Notes under the pieces: generated by a model
What the model was told of the DNA's origin: nothing
Seen by the model: the letters and a program-made list of their open reading frames with translations, nothing else
Database searches by the model: none
DNA from: an uncultured Oscillospiraceae bacterium
GTDB taxonomy: Bacteria > Bacillota > Clostridia > Peptostreptococcales > Anaerovoracaceae
Assembly (NCBI GenBank): GCA_964473095.1
Contig: CAYYMY010000003.1
Coordinates: 1-45,536 of the forward strand
DNA: 45,536 nt
Direction of reading: 5' to 3'
Made by a program: the position numbers and the translations under genes
Shown here: positions 1 to 10,563 of the stretch, piece after piece
How the letters are laid out: the number at the start of each line of letters is the position of its first letter
Numbering within the stretch: position 1 is the stretch's first letter

Positions 1-48
1 CAGCCTATCGGTTAACAGCCGAGTGCTCCACCATTGAGCTACCTTGGA
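1..48 (-). tRNA. tRNA-Asn (GTT), 5' portion; 3' end runs off the window
   Basis: Reverse complement reads TCCAAGGTAGCTCAATGGTGGAGCACTCGGCTGTTAACCGATAGGCTG: D-arm GCTC...GAGC with GG, anticodon arm TCGG-CTGTTAA-CCGA, anticodon GTT at 14-16. Confidence 0.93.
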
Positions 49-80
49 ATATTAGGTTGGGTCTCGTAACGACAAGTAGT

Positions 81-109
81 ATTATACAATTATCGTCTTG
101 AGATGTCAA
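81..109 (-). promoter_or_regulatory. Consensus sigmaA promoter of the tRNA gene
   Basis: Minus strand TTGACA (104-109), 17 bp spacer, TATAAT (81-86), about 30 bp upstream of the tRNA. Confidence 0.85.
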
Positions 110-121
110 CCTATTTCACCT

Positions 122-1405
122 TTAATTTTTCTTACCAAAACGCTTTACAATCGTCTTTCGTTCTTCAGTTTTTTTCTCGTTTTCGAGGTGATTTTCCGGC
201 GTTTCATCATCGCTGTATTCGGAAGCTTTTTTCACTTCATCCGCTTCATCGATCTCGATATGTTCAGGCTCCATGAGAGCATGCTCACTAGCCTGCAGCT
301 TTTCATCTTCCTCTTTAGTTTCCTTTATATGCTGCTCCTGTTCCTCTTTCATAGTATTTTCTATGAGTTCTATTTTATTCTTATATTTCTTTATATTTTC
401 TCTGTCGCCCTCCTCTTCATATATTGAAAGCAGTTCTCTCATGGTTTCCAGATGACTTCCGTTTATCTGAAGCACCTTTCTGAAAGCACTGACCGCGTCG
501 GCTCTTTTGCCTGTCATCTCATATCCTATGCCCAGATAGTAATGCAGCGGCCACCAATCGTTGAATCTGCTTGAAAGGAAAGGCTCAAGCATCTGTATCC
601 CGTTTTCGTATCTTCCTGCCAGAATCTCATTGTATCCCTTTTCTATCTGTATCGGCTCTGCTATCTGATTTATCCTGTTTCTTATTTCCTTCTTATCCTT
701 GCCGTTCCTGCTGAATTTTAAAAATTCTTTCCATGTCAGCTCTGCTTTAGAGTAAAATCCCATATTCAGATACATATACCCCAGATAGTAATAACCCGGT
801 GCAAAACGCGGATGGGTTTCCGTAAGGAGTTCAAACCAGTCCAGAGATTCCGCTTTGAATCTGCCCACATATTCCTCATTGCGGCTGTTCATATACATTA
901 CTCTGCAGGCTCTCGCGTAGCTGTACATACTGTGAAGATAATTGTACTGCATGCAGAGCGACGCTCTGAAATGGATGCACGCATTGTCCATATCTCCTCG
1001 CTCTGCCGCGTCTCTGCCTTCTTTCATCATTCCTTCGTATAGCTTATAATTGTACAGCTTTTTCAGTATGGCAACGTAATCTTTAGTATGTTTGAAATGA
1101 GGGTCGCAGCCCATTACCCACGCCATATTCTCTGCAAGCACCAGCATATCTATACCTGCACCGCCTGCAAACTCTTTTATTTCTTTCTTTCTGAGCGGTA
1201 TAGGCACACCGCGCATCAGGTCTCCTGCCTTAGATTGCTTCATGAATTCATCGGAGAATTCAGCGAATACAAATTTATTCAGATATTTTCTGAAATACTT
1301 TCCTATCCTGTCCTCTCTGAGCTGTATGTCAGATTCCTCTCTCGGTCTTATAACCGTTCTTGTTATGCCCATCGTCTGGGCTAAGTTCTTCTTTTCCTTA
1401 CTCAT
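122..1405 (-). CDS. Tetratricopeptide-repeat protein, function unknown
   Basis: 427 aa ORF with TPR-like helices (GYYYLGYMYLNMGFYSKAELTW; LHYYLGIGYEMTGKRADAVSAFRKVLQIN) and an acidic, low-complexity C-terminal tail. Confidence 0.75.
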   Translation of the reverse strand: MSKEKKNLAQTMGITRTVIRPREESDIQLREDRIGKYFRKYLNKFVFAEFSDEFMKQSKAGDLMRGVPIPLRKKEIKEFAGGAGIDMLVLAENMAWVMGCDPHFKHTKDYVAILKKLYNYKLYEGMMKEGRDAAERGDMDNACIHFRASLCMQYNYLHSMYSYARACRVMYMNSRNEEYVGRFKAESLDWFELLTETHPRFAPGYYYLGYMYLNMGFYSKAELTWKEFLKFSRNGKDKKEIRNRINQIAEPIQIEKGYNEILAGRYENGIQMLEPFLSSRFNDWWPLHYYLGIGYEMTGKRADAVSAFRKVLQINGSHLETMRELLSIYEEEGDRENIKKYKNKIELIENTMKEEQEQHIKETKEEDEKLQASEHALMEPEHIEIDEADEVKKASEYSDDETPENHLENEKKTEERKTIVKRFGKKN

Positions 1406-1427
1406 AATATACCTCTTCTACCGTATC

Positions 1428-2300
1428 TTAAAGCGCCCTGAATCTCTCATCTTTGAACATATCGTGATTTTTCATGGCAGTTTTTAAAAGTTCCATCATC
1501 TTTTCTTTATCTTCAGGAAGATTTCCTCTCAAAGAAACGTAATTTGACGCGTGATTGCTTCTCAGCACGCACGTTTTGGTGACATTCGTATGCTTGAGCA
1601 TCAGAAGCGTTTCAGCCATGACTTCCTCAGGTGAAAGCAGCTTCAGCTTTCCCGATTCTATATCCTTTGCCATAGGAACGCTCGGCTCTACCATGAGAGT
1701 TAAAAGACCCACATAGGAAGGCTCCATTTCACTTATCATGGTCCCTGTCTGAACAGCATGATCCTCCCAGCCATCCTTTCCCGCAAGCCCTGATATAAAC
1801 GTAACCGAAGCCTGCATACCGCACGCCTCTATTTTTTTCACTCCGTCGATTATCTGCTGTCTCGTCTCGCCTTTGCATACATCTTTGAGAACCTTGTCAC
1901 TTCCCGATTCCGCTCCGATATAAACCATCTTAAGTCCCGCATCGTAAAGCTCCTTCATCTCCTCATCCGATTTTTTCAGCACATCGCTTCCTCTTCCGTA
2001 TATCGACACCCTTTCACATTCCGGAAAATTCTCCGCGATATACTCAAGTATAGGCATAAGACGAGCGTTAGACATTGCCAGTGCATCACCGTCGCAAAGA
2101 AAGATTCTGTTAACGCTCCTGTATCTCGCCCTTGCCCATGCCAGATCCTCTATAACCTCTTCGAGTTTTCTGACTTTGAACTTCTTGTCTTTGAACATTT
2201 TGCAGAATGTGCATTTGTTGTGAGTACAGCCTATGGTCACCTGCACCAGAAGACTGTATGCTTCACTTGGCGGTCTGTATATATCTCCTTCGTATCTCAT
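1428..2300 (-). CDS. Radical SAM protein (uncharacterised family, N-terminus MRYEGxIYRPPSE)
   Basis: CxxxCxxC motif CTHNKCTFC, FLCDGDAL, YIGAESGSD and C-terminal RSNHASNY. Confidence 0.85.
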   Translation of the reverse strand: MRYEGDIYRPPSEAYSLLVQVTIGCTHNKCTFCKMFKDKKFKVRKLEEVIEDLAWARARYRSVNRIFLCDGDALAMSNARLMPILEYIAENFPECERVSIYGRGSDVLKKSDEEMKELYDAGLKMVYIGAESGSDKVLKDVCKGETRQQIIDGVKKIEACGMQASVTFISGLAGKDGWEDHAVQTGTMISEMEPSYVGLLTLMVEPSVPMAKDIESGKLKLLSPEEVMAETLLMLKHTNVTKTCVLRSNHASNYVSLRGNLPEDKEKMMELLKTAMKNHDMFKDERFRAL

Positions 2301-2330
2301 GTATATCTCCTTTATCTTTTATTTGCTGTG

Positions 2331-4043
2331 CTACATTCTTTCCGGCGCTTTTATTCCAAGCAGAGAAAGGCCATTTTTAATAACTGCTTTCGCTGCCATG
2401 ACAAGAGCTGTCTTGGCGTTCCTTTCTTCTTCATTCTCAACTAAGATATGTTCGTCATGATAGAATTTGTTGAACGCCTGCGCCACATCTATTATATGTC
2501 TCGTAACTACTGACGGCTCGTATCTTTCTCCCGCGTCACATACGACATCAGGGAATTCATATATCAGCTTTATCAGCTCATGAGCGCTTTCACCGGTTAT
2601 ATACGACGGATCGAAACCCTCTTTTGCCTTTGCCTCGGCATCCTCATCGGCATTTCTGAGTACGCTGCATGCTCTCGCGTGAGTATACTGCACATACGGA
2701 CCTGTCTCACCATCGAAATTGAGGACTTTATCCCATGAGAAAACGTAATCCTTTATTCTGTAGTTGGCAAGTTCGTTGAACATTACGGCGCCGATTCCCA
2801 CATCCTTCGATGTCTCATCTATATTGTCCGTATTTACATTTTTCTCTTCTATTATCTGTTTTGTCTTTTCTATCGCTTTGTTCAGCACATCTTCAAGGAA
2901 TACCACTCTGCCATCTCTTGTCGACATGATCCCATCTTCCATGCTCACAAGCCCGAACGGCACATGTATGCAGTCCTTTGCCCAGTCGTAGCCAAGGAGC
3001 TCTATGACTTTTATCCATTGCTGGAAGTGCAGATTCTGCTGTGATGCTACCACATAAATATTTTTATAAAAATCATAGGTTTCTTTTCTGTAAACCGCCG
3101 CAGCGATATCTCTCGTTATATAAAGTGTCGAGCCGTCGGATTTTGTTATGAGTGCAGGCGGAAGCCCGTAGTCATCAAGTCTCACTATCTGCGCTCCATT
3201 ATCTTCCACAAGAAGGCCTTTATCTTTCAGTTCCTGCACGAATCTCGGCATTTTATCGGAATAAAAGCTTTCGCCGTTGTATGAATCGAAGCTTATTCCC
3301 ATCATATCGTAAACTCTGTTAAATTCCCTGAGGCTTTCATCGCGAAACCACTGCCAGAGTTCAACCTCTTCCGCTTCTCCCTTTTCAAGCTTTGCAAATA
3401 TAGCCCTCGCCTCATCCTCAAGCTCCGGATGCTTCTTCGCTTCTTCATGAAATTTAGTATAATATGACAGAAGAGACTTTATCGGCTCTCTTATAACATC
3501 TTTCTTATTGCCCCATCTTCTGTACGCGCATATCATCTTTCCGAACTGCGTGCCGTAATCACCGAGATGATTTATCCTTACGGTGTCATATCCAAGAAAA
3601 TCATATATCTTGTATATTGAGTTCCCTATGACCGTACTTCTTATATGTCCTATATGGAACGGCTTTGCTATATTAGGCGATGAATATTCGATTATCACTT
3701 TCTTCCCTCTGCCGACTTCGCTTCTTCCGTAATCATCACCTTTGGATAGTACCTCCGTTATCACCTCACCGGCAAAAGCCTTTTTTGAAATGAACATATT
3801 GACGTAAGCCTTAACGTTCTCGACCTTTTCGAAAAGCTCTTCGTCTTTTATCTGCTCTGCAACAGACTCCGCGATAAGAGGCGGTGCCTTTTTCATCATC
3901 TTTGCCAGCTTAAAACATGGGAAAGCATAATCTCCCTTTCGACTGTCAGCCGGTGATTCTATCATCGAAACGATATCATCTCTATCAACACCTTCCACGT
4001 GTTCGGACAGAATATCCGCAATTTTATCTTTATAGCTTATCAT
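2331..4043 (-). CDS. argS: Arginyl-tRNA synthetase
   Basis: EYSSPNIAKPFHIGHIRS (HIGH), INHLGDYGTQFG, MSTRDG, GETGPYVQYTHAR, C-terminal APERM. Confidence 0.97.
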   Translation of the reverse strand: MISYKDKIADILSEHVEGVDRDDIVSMIESPADSRKGDYAFPCFKLAKMMKKAPPLIAESVAEQIKDEELFEKVENVKAYVNMFISKKAFAGEVITEVLSKGDDYGRSEVGRGKKVIIEYSSPNIAKPFHIGHIRSTVIGNSIYKIYDFLGYDTVRINHLGDYGTQFGKMICAYRRWGNKKDVIREPIKSLLSYYTKFHEEAKKHPELEDEARAIFAKLEKGEAEEVELWQWFRDESLREFNRVYDMMGISFDSYNGESFYSDKMPRFVQELKDKGLLVEDNGAQIVRLDDYGLPPALITKSDGSTLYITRDIAAAVYRKETYDFYKNIYVVASQQNLHFQQWIKVIELLGYDWAKDCIHVPFGLVSMEDGIMSTRDGRVVFLEDVLNKAIEKTKQIIEEKNVNTDNIDETSKDVGIGAVMFNELANYRIKDYVFSWDKVLNFDGETGPYVQYTHARACSVLRNADEDAEAKAKEGFDPSYITGESAHELIKLIYEFPDVVCDAGERYEPSVVTRHIIDVAQAFNKFYHDEHILVENEEERNAKTALVMAAKAVIKNGLSLLGIKAPERM

Positions 4044-4070
4044 AATGTTTTCTCCTTACTCCGATATATT

Positions 4071-6449
4071 CTAAACCTTAAGCTTTACGACGGTTACACC
4101 GTCACCGCCTTCCTGATATCCTCCGTTTCTGAAGCTTTTAATATTCCTGTTCCTCTTGAGGGCTTCCTGTATCCCGTTTCTCAATATGCCCTCACCTCTT
4201 CCGTGAATAACAGTTACCTCGTTCAGTCCCGAAATAAATGCATCATCTACATATTTTTCCACATCCATTACGGCATCGTCAAGGTTTTTCCCTCTCACAT
4301 CGACAGATGAAGATACGTTGCTTACCTTGCTTCTGTACATTTCACCGTATCCGCTGCTCTTTTTCAGTATGCGTTTTTTTCTTGCGCCGCCATCTATAAG
4401 CATTATATCCTTTATGTTGACATCTATCTTCATGACGCCTACCTGTACCTGGAGATTGCCCTTCTCATCCGGCAATGATACAATTTCTCCGTTCTGGTTC
4501 AGCGTCAGTATTTTCACTCTATCATTTATTTTCAGAAGATCAGCGTCCACCGGCTCTGCGTTTATCTCCGTCTTTATGGTGCTTCTGTTCTTCTTTTCAA
4601 GCTCCCTTATCTTCCTTCGGCTGTTATCAAATCTTCCGTTTCGCTCTCCAATGCTTTCAAGTCTTGCGATTTCCCTGAGCTCTTCCTTCACCTCTTCCGT
4701 TGTTTCTTTTGCTTCCCGGATTATCTCCCTGGCTTTTTCTTTGGCCCTTTCAAGCTCTCTTTCCTTTTTTTTCTCAAATTTTCTTTCCTTTTCATCCAGC
4801 TCTTCTTTTCTGCGTTTTATTTCTATTCCTAGCAGAATAGCTTCTTCCCGCTCTTCTTCGGCTTTTTTTCTGTCATCTTCAAGAGAGGCTATCACGTCTT
4901 CAAACGCCATATCTCCGCCTTTTATCAATTCCCCTGCTCTGTCTATCAGCTTTCCTGAAAGCCCGAGCTTTCTTGAAATTTCAAAGGCATTTGATTTGCC
5001 TGGTATTCCTATGTTTAATTTATACGTCGGACTAAGTGTTTCCACATCGAATTCCATCGACGCGTTTTCGACTCCATCGGTTGAAACAGCAAATTTCTTA
5101 AGCTCCGTATAATGTGTGGTTGCTATTACGTCCGCGCCTTTCCTCTTCAGCTCTTCAAGTATCGATATCGCCAGAGCCGCACCTTCTGTCGGGTCAGTTC
5201 CCGCACCAAGCTCATCCAGCAGTACGAGGCTTCTTCTGCCGGCCTTCTCTGTTATTCGGACGATATTCTTCATATGCGACGAAAATGTCGAGAGACTTTG
5301 CTCTATGCTCTGTTCATCACCTATATCCGCGAATATATCTTTATATACCGGTATACAGCTACCCGGAGCTGAAGGCAGATGGAGTCCCGACTGCGCCATA
5401 AGCGCAAAAAGTCCCGCAGTCTTAAGAGTCACCGTCTTTCCTCCTGTATTCGGCCCCGTTATAACGAGCGCGCTGTAGCTTTCACCTATCCTGATATCTA
5501 TCGGAACCACCTTTTTTTCATCTATCAGTGGATGTCTGGCTCCTCTTATATTCATTATCCCTTCTTCACTTATTTTCGGCTCTTCTCCTCCCATTGCTGC
5601 TGACAGTCTGCCTTTTGCCATGAAGAAATCAAGCTGCACCATCAATTCCTGATTATTTTTCAGAGCATGATAGTTTTCGGAAACACCTTCCGATAATTCT
5701 TTCAGAATCCTGTTTATTTCCGCCTGCTCATCGAGTTCAAGCTGCCTCAGCTCGTTGTTCAGCTCCACTATGGGCTGCGGCTCTATAAACAGTGTCGCTC
5801 CGCTGCCGCTCTGGTCGTGGACTATGCCCGGTACGCTCCCTCGATGCTCCTGTTTTACAGGGATCACATATCTTCCGTTTCTCACGGTAACTATTGAATC
5901 CTGAAGAATTCTTTTGTTATCTCCTGAGGTCAGTATACGATTTATCCTGTTTTTCACGGCATCCTTCTGTCTTACTATACTCCTTCTTATTCTCCTGAGC
6001 TCTGGAGAAGCATTATCTGCCATTTCATCTTCTGATATTATGCATCTGTCTATTTCTTCAGCGAGGCTTTTATGTACCGTTATAAGTTCTGCAACAGACA
6101 TTATCGTCGGTATCTCCGGGATATCTCCCTTCAGAAAAGTCACTATTCTGTCGGCAGTCTTCATATTGGCAAGTATACGCAGAAGCTGCGCCATACTGAG
6201 GGTGCCGCCCTTCCTCGCCAGCGATACAGACTCTCCAATATCATAAAAACCACCGACAGGTAATAGACCCTTATGATTTATGAGTCTTACCGCTTCCGTG
6301 GTTTCAGTCTGCTTTTCTTTTATTACATTTATATCATCAAAAGGCACCAGCTCCGAAATGACCGTTTTTGTCAGTTCAGAGCCGGTCTGCTCTCTGAGCA
6401 TATCTGTTATTTTATTGTATTCGAGTATTTTTAAAGTCTTTTTTTCCAT
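4071..6449 (-). CDS. mutS2: Endonuclease MutS2 (ATPase, coiled coil, KOW and Smr domains)
   Basis: ITGPNTGGKT Walker A, DIGDEQSIEQSLSTFSSHM, LLDELGAGTDP, C-terminal Smr VIHGRGEGILR...GGDGVTVV. Confidence 0.96.
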   Translation of the reverse strand: MEKKTLKILEYNKITDMLREQTGSELTKTVISELVPFDDINVIKEKQTETTEAVRLINHKGLLPVGGFYDIGESVSLARKGGTLSMAQLLRILANMKTADRIVTFLKGDIPEIPTIMSVAELITVHKSLAEEIDRCIISEDEMADNASPELRRIRRSIVRQKDAVKNRINRILTSGDNKRILQDSIVTVRNGRYVIPVKQEHRGSVPGIVHDQSGSGATLFIEPQPIVELNNELRQLELDEQAEINRILKELSEGVSENYHALKNNQELMVQLDFFMAKGRLSAAMGGEEPKISEEGIMNIRGARHPLIDEKKVVPIDIRIGESYSALVITGPNTGGKTVTLKTAGLFALMAQSGLHLPSAPGSCIPVYKDIFADIGDEQSIEQSLSTFSSHMKNIVRITEKAGRRSLVLLDELGAGTDPTEGAALAISILEELKRKGADVIATTHYTELKKFAVSTDGVENASMEFDVETLSPTYKLNIGIPGKSNAFEISRKLGLSGKLIDRAGELIKGGDMAFEDVIASLEDDRKKAEEEREEAILLGIEIKRRKEELDEKERKFEKKKERELERAKEKAREIIREAKETTEEVKEELREIARLESIGERNGRFDNSRRKIRELEKKNRSTIKTEINAEPVDADLLKINDRVKILTLNQNGEIVSLPDEKGNLQVQVGVMKIDVNIKDIMLIDGGARKKRILKKSSGYGEMYRSKVSNVSSSVDVRGKNLDDAVMDVEKYVDDAFISGLNEVTVIHGRGEGILRNGIQEALKRNRNIKSFRNGGYQEGGDGVTVVKLKV

Positions 6450-6455
6450 TTAAAG

Positions 6456-7025
6456 CTATCCGATATTTGTGTTGTTTTTGTATTTTTCTATTTCCCTTTT
6501 CAGCTGAAGGTTTTCCATCTGCAAGTCAAAGAAGCTGTTTTCAAGCTCCTTGCATTTTGCTTCCACTTCTTTCACCACTTCCTCCATGCTGCTCTGAGTC
6601 TGTTTCTTTGCCGTTTCTATAGCTTCCTCCAGCTGCTGATTTTCCGCGTCTTTCTGCCTTATCTGATTAAGCAGCTCATCTTTCTGAAGAACTATCGCCT
6701 GAGTTTCCTCTTTGTAATCCATATAATTTTTCTTGGATTCATCCCACAGCTGAACATAATGCTGCGCATCCTTTTCGAGCTGTATGTTCATGCGCTTCAG
6801 CTCTTCCATTTCATCAAGCATCTGAAAATACTCGCTGGCAATGTTCACGGCAGTCAGAACAGCTATATTTGAAGACGCTGCTCCTGCTGACTTCGCAGCT
6901 TCGCTTATTTCCTGCATCTTTGTATCCACATGCGCTGCGACCTGTACTATCTCTTCTCTTGATTTCTCTCCGGCAATAACATATTCCTGTCCGTAGATTT
7001 TTACTTTCACCTTATTGTTTTCCAT
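6456..7025 (-). CDS. zapA: Cell division protein ZapA with long C-terminal coiled coil
   Basis: N-terminal KVKVKIYGQEYVI...AVLTAVNIA ZapA signature; position between pheT and mutS2. Confidence 0.85.
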   Translation of the reverse strand: MENNKVKVKIYGQEYVIAGEKSREEIVQVAAHVDTKMQEISEAAKSAGAASSNIAVLTAVNIASEYFQMLDEMEELKRMNIQLEKDAQHYVQLWDESKKNYMDYKEETQAIVLQKDELLNQIRQKDAENQQLEEAIETAKKQTQSSMEEVVKEVEAKCKELENSFFDLQMENLQLKREIEKYKNNTNIG

Positions 7026-7035
7026 AAAAACTCTC

Positions 7036-9513
7036 CTACATTTCTCTCAGAACCGCATTCAGTTTTTCTTTGAGCGCTTCAAGCACCTTACTGTGAACTT
7101 TTGCAACCTCCTCATCGGTCAGTGTCTTATTTTTATCTCTGTATGTCAAAGCAAACGCAACGCTCTTCTTACCTTTTTCCACCTGTCTGCCCCTGTACAC
7201 ATCAAACAGTTTTACGCTTTCAAGTATGCTTCCCGCATACTCTTTTATAACGTCTTCTATTTTACCGACCTCCATATCTTCATTCACGAGAAGCGCTATA
7301 TCCCTCGATGTCGACGGGTATTTAGGAAGCGGTGTATACGCAACAGTTCGATCCGAATGTCTCTTTACCGCATCAAACATCAGCTCGCAGCAGTATATTC
7401 TCACTCCGTTCATACCGTATTTTTCTGCAACATCCGGATGAATTTCTCCCATTATTCCCAGCTCATCTTCGTACAGTGGCTCAGCTTCTTCCGGCGCATC
7501 CATCACGGCTTTCACCGATATTCTGGCGCATCTTCCCGGATGATATGTTCCGCATCCGGATCCTGCCGTGAATTTCGCGTCCTTTATTCCCAGTACCCTG
7601 AAAAGCTCTTCCAGTATGCCTTTGAGCGAATAAAAATCCTCGCCTTTTCCGTACATACCTATACACAGAGAATACTGCTCATCAGGAAGTTCATCTTCAT
7701 TCATCATATTTTTTATGAAAGTATTGCCTATTTCAAAAGCTCCTGCTTTTTCTATATTTCTTGAATAATTTCTTCCGAGAGCCTCCAGCATATTTGGGGT
7801 AAGAACCGTCCTCATTACCGAGTTTTCTTCTCCTAAAGGATTGAGTATCTTTACGAATGCCCGCTCCCACGAATCTTCCGCTATGCCTATATTATCCACT
7901 CCTTTAGGACTTACAAAGGAATATGTCTGGATTTCATTGAGACCCATGCCGCAAAGCGATTCCCTTGTCAAATCGCGAAGCGCCCTTTCTTCAGGTATTC
8001 CTGCTTCATTGTTTCCCCTCGGGAGAGTCACAGGTAATCTGTCGTAACCGTAGATTCTGGCAACTTCTTCTATATAATCCTCTTCCTCCAGCAGATCCTG
8101 TCTGACTGTAGGAGGAGTAACCGTCATAATATTTCCGCTGCCTCCAACCTTTATTTCGAGAGAGCTGAGCACCTTTTCCATGTATTCGCGCTCAAGCTCA
8201 ACTCCCAGAACATGATTTATTCTGTCCACTCTTATATCTATGGTTCTGGCTTTTGCTTCGGCAGGATAATTGTCTATTTTCCCTCTGCACACCTTTCCGG
8301 CTCCCACTATCTCTATCAGTCTGCACACTCTGTCTGCAGCCGCTTCGCAAAGGTTAGGGTCTATCCCCTTTTCAAACCTCGAGGAGGCTTCCGTCCTGAG
8401 CGCCAGCTTCTTTGATGTGCTTCTTACGCTGTCTCCGTTGAAATTAGCGGACTCGACTATTATCGTTGTAGTATCCTCCTCTATTTCAGAATTCAGTCCG
8501 CCCATTACACCGGCGATACCTATGCTTCTTTCTGCATCCTTTATAAGAAGCATATCGTCTGAAAGCACTCTTTCCGTATTATCAAGAGTCGTGAACTTTT
8601 CTCCCTGCGAGGCATTTTCCACTATTATTTTTCCGCCTTTTACCTGTCTTATATCATACGCATGGAGCGGCTGTCCATATTCAAGCATGACAAAATTCGT
8701 GATATCTACGATATTGTTTATCGGACGCATGCCTGCATACATAAGTCTCTTCTGAAGCCACCACGGGGACTGTTCGACTTTCACGTCTGTCACTACCCTT
8801 GCGACAAATCTTCTGCACCCTTCAGGATTTTTTATATCTACCGACAGATAATCCCCAGCTTCTCCTTCTCCGTTTTCGTTTTCTATATCGGTATCAGGGT
8901 ATCTGAAAGGTTTTCCAAAGGTTGCCGAAGCTTCCCTTGCCATTCCTACCATTGCAAGGCAGTCAGGCCTGTTCGGCGTTATCTCAAAATCAACCACAGC
9001 CTGTTTAAGTCCGAGGGCTTCCGCAAAGTCCCTTCCTGTTTCGTACTCATCTTCAAGTATCCATATGCCGTCCTTATGAGCTATCGGAACCACTTTGTCC
9101 TCAAATCCGAGTTCTCCTGCAGAGCATAGCATGCCGAAGGATTCCACTCCTCTGAGCTTTCCCTTTTTTATCTTCACTCCGCCTCCCTGTTTAGGCTGAC
9201 CGTGAAGCGGTCCAGGTATCCTGCTGTTATGAAGCGCCACAGGAACATAGGCTCCTTCAAATACGTTGGGCGCTCCCGTCACTATCTGTATATCTTCATC
9301 CTGTCCGACGTCCACCATGCATACCACAAGCTTATCGGCATCAGGGTGCTTTTCTATCTTATCTATTCTTCCGACTACAACGTTTTCCATCTCTTCACAG
9401 AAATGTTCGCAGGTTTCAAGGTTTGAGCCCGACATGATCATTCTGTCGCAGAAATCTTCGGTGGAAACATCCAAATCTATATAATCTTTAAGCCATTCTA
9501 TTGGAACTAACAT
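7036..9513 (-). CDS. pheT: Phenylalanyl-tRNA synthetase beta subunit
   Basis: KHPDADKL, GVESFGMLCS, EITPNRPDCL, NNIVDITNFVMLEYGQPLHAYD, C-terminal FDVYRG...KKSVAF anticodon-binding domain. Confidence 0.97.
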   Translation of the reverse strand: MLVPIEWLKDYIDLDVSTEDFCDRMIMSGSNLETCEHFCEEMENVVVGRIDKIEKHPDADKLVVCMVDVGQDEDIQIVTGAPNVFEGAYVPVALHNSRIPGPLHGQPKQGGGVKIKKGKLRGVESFGMLCSAGELGFEDKVVPIAHKDGIWILEDEYETGRDFAEALGLKQAVVDFEITPNRPDCLAMVGMAREASATFGKPFRYPDTDIENENGEGEAGDYLSVDIKNPEGCRRFVARVVTDVKVEQSPWWLQKRLMYAGMRPINNIVDITNFVMLEYGQPLHAYDIRQVKGGKIIVENASQGEKFTTLDNTERVLSDDMLLIKDAERSIGIAGVMGGLNSEIEEDTTTIIVESANFNGDSVRSTSKKLALRTEASSRFEKGIDPNLCEAAADRVCRLIEIVGAGKVCRGKIDNYPAEAKARTIDIRVDRINHVLGVELEREYMEKVLSSLEIKVGGSGNIMTVTPPTVRQDLLEEEDYIEEVARIYGYDRLPVTLPRGNNEAGIPEERALRDLTRESLCGMGLNEIQTYSFVSPKGVDNIGIAEDSWERAFVKILNPLGEENSVMRTVLTPNMLEALGRNYSRNIEKAGAFEIGNTFIKNMMNEDELPDEQYSLCIGMYGKGEDFYSLKGILEELFRVLGIKDAKFTAGSGCGTYHPGRCARISVKAVMDAPEEAEPLYEDELGIMGEIHPDVAEKYGMNGVRIYCCELMFDAVKRHSDRTVAYTPLPKYPSTSRDIALLVNEDMEVGKIEDVIKEYAGSILESVKLFDVYRGRQVEKGKKSVAFALTYRDKNKTLTDEEVAKVHSKVLEALKEKLNAVLREM

Positions 9514-9524
9514 CCGATATCCTC

Positions 9525-10547
9525 CTATTTGAACTGTTGTATGAATCTCATATCATTTTCATAGAACAATCTTATATCCTCCACACCGTACTTGAGCATG
9601 GCTGCTCTCTCCACACCCATACCAAATGCGAATCCCGTGTATTTTTCAGTATCGACTCCCCCGACTTTAAGAACATTCGGATGCACCATGCCGCAGCCCA
9701 GAATCTCTATCCATCCGCTGCCTTTGCATACTCTGCAGCCCTTACCTCCGCACTTGAAGCAGGAAACATCCATCTCTGCGCTCGGCTCAGTGAACGGGAA
9801 ATGATGAGGTCTGAACTTCGTCTTCGTACTTGTCCCGAAAAGCTGCTTTGCGAAGCTGTCAAGAGTTCCTTTAAGATCTGCCATCGTTATCCCTTCGTCC
9901 ACCAGAAGACCTTCTATCTGATGGAACATAGGTGAATGCGTTGCATCGGGAGTATCACATCTGAAACATCTTCCCGGTGATATGACCTTGATAGGAGGCT
10001 TCTGCTTCATAAGCGTTCTCACCTGTACCGGAGATGTCTGCGTTCTGAGAAGTATATCCTCGCTTATATAAAAAGTATCCGTCATATCCCTGGATGGGTG
10101 ATTAGGACCTGCGTTGAGAGCATCGAAATTGTTGAATACAGTCTCGACTTCAGGTCCTTCAACAATGGAGAATCCCATGCTCATAAATACTTTTGAAATT
10201 TCTTCCATCGTTATCGTGAGAGGGTGCTTGACACCGAGTTTTATATCCCTGCCCGGCTCCGTAACATCTATTCTTTCGAGTCTGAACTGGGCTTCTTTCG
10301 CAACGTCCTTCATCTCTTTGAATTTCTTTTCAAGCATTTCCTCTATCTCCGCCCGGACTTTATTTGCCATCTGACCGGTGGATTTTCTCTCTTCAGGAGA
10401 CAGCTTCCCCATACCTCTGAGTATCTCTGTAAGCTTTCCTTTTTTGCCGAGTATCTTTACTCGAATATCATCCGTTTCCGCTACAGAAGCGGCGGTTTTC
10501 AACTCTTCTTTTGCTTCTTCCAAAATTCTGTTCAACTGAGCTTGCAT
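9525..10547 (-). CDS. pheS: Phenylalanyl-tRNA synthetase alpha subunit
   Basis: LLRTQTSPVQ, DATHSPMFHQIEG, FPFTEPSAE, CFKCGGKGCRVC Zn insert, GFAFGMGVER. Confidence 0.97.
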   Translation of the reverse strand: MQAQLNRILEEAKEELKTAASVAETDDIRVKILGKKGKLTEILRGMGKLSPEERKSTGQMANKVRAEIEEMLEKKFKEMKDVAKEAQFRLERIDVTEPGRDIKLGVKHPLTITMEEISKVFMSMGFSIVEGPEVETVFNNFDALNAGPNHPSRDMTDTFYISEDILLRTQTSPVQVRTLMKQKPPIKVISPGRCFRCDTPDATHSPMFHQIEGLLVDEGITMADLKGTLDSFAKQLFGTSTKTKFRPHHFPFTEPSAEMDVSCFKCGGKGCRVCKGSGWIEILGCGMVHPNVLKVGGVDTEKYTGFAFGMGVERAAMLKYGVEDIRLFYENDMRFIQQFK

Positions 10548-10563
10548 TTCTGTTACCTCTCAT

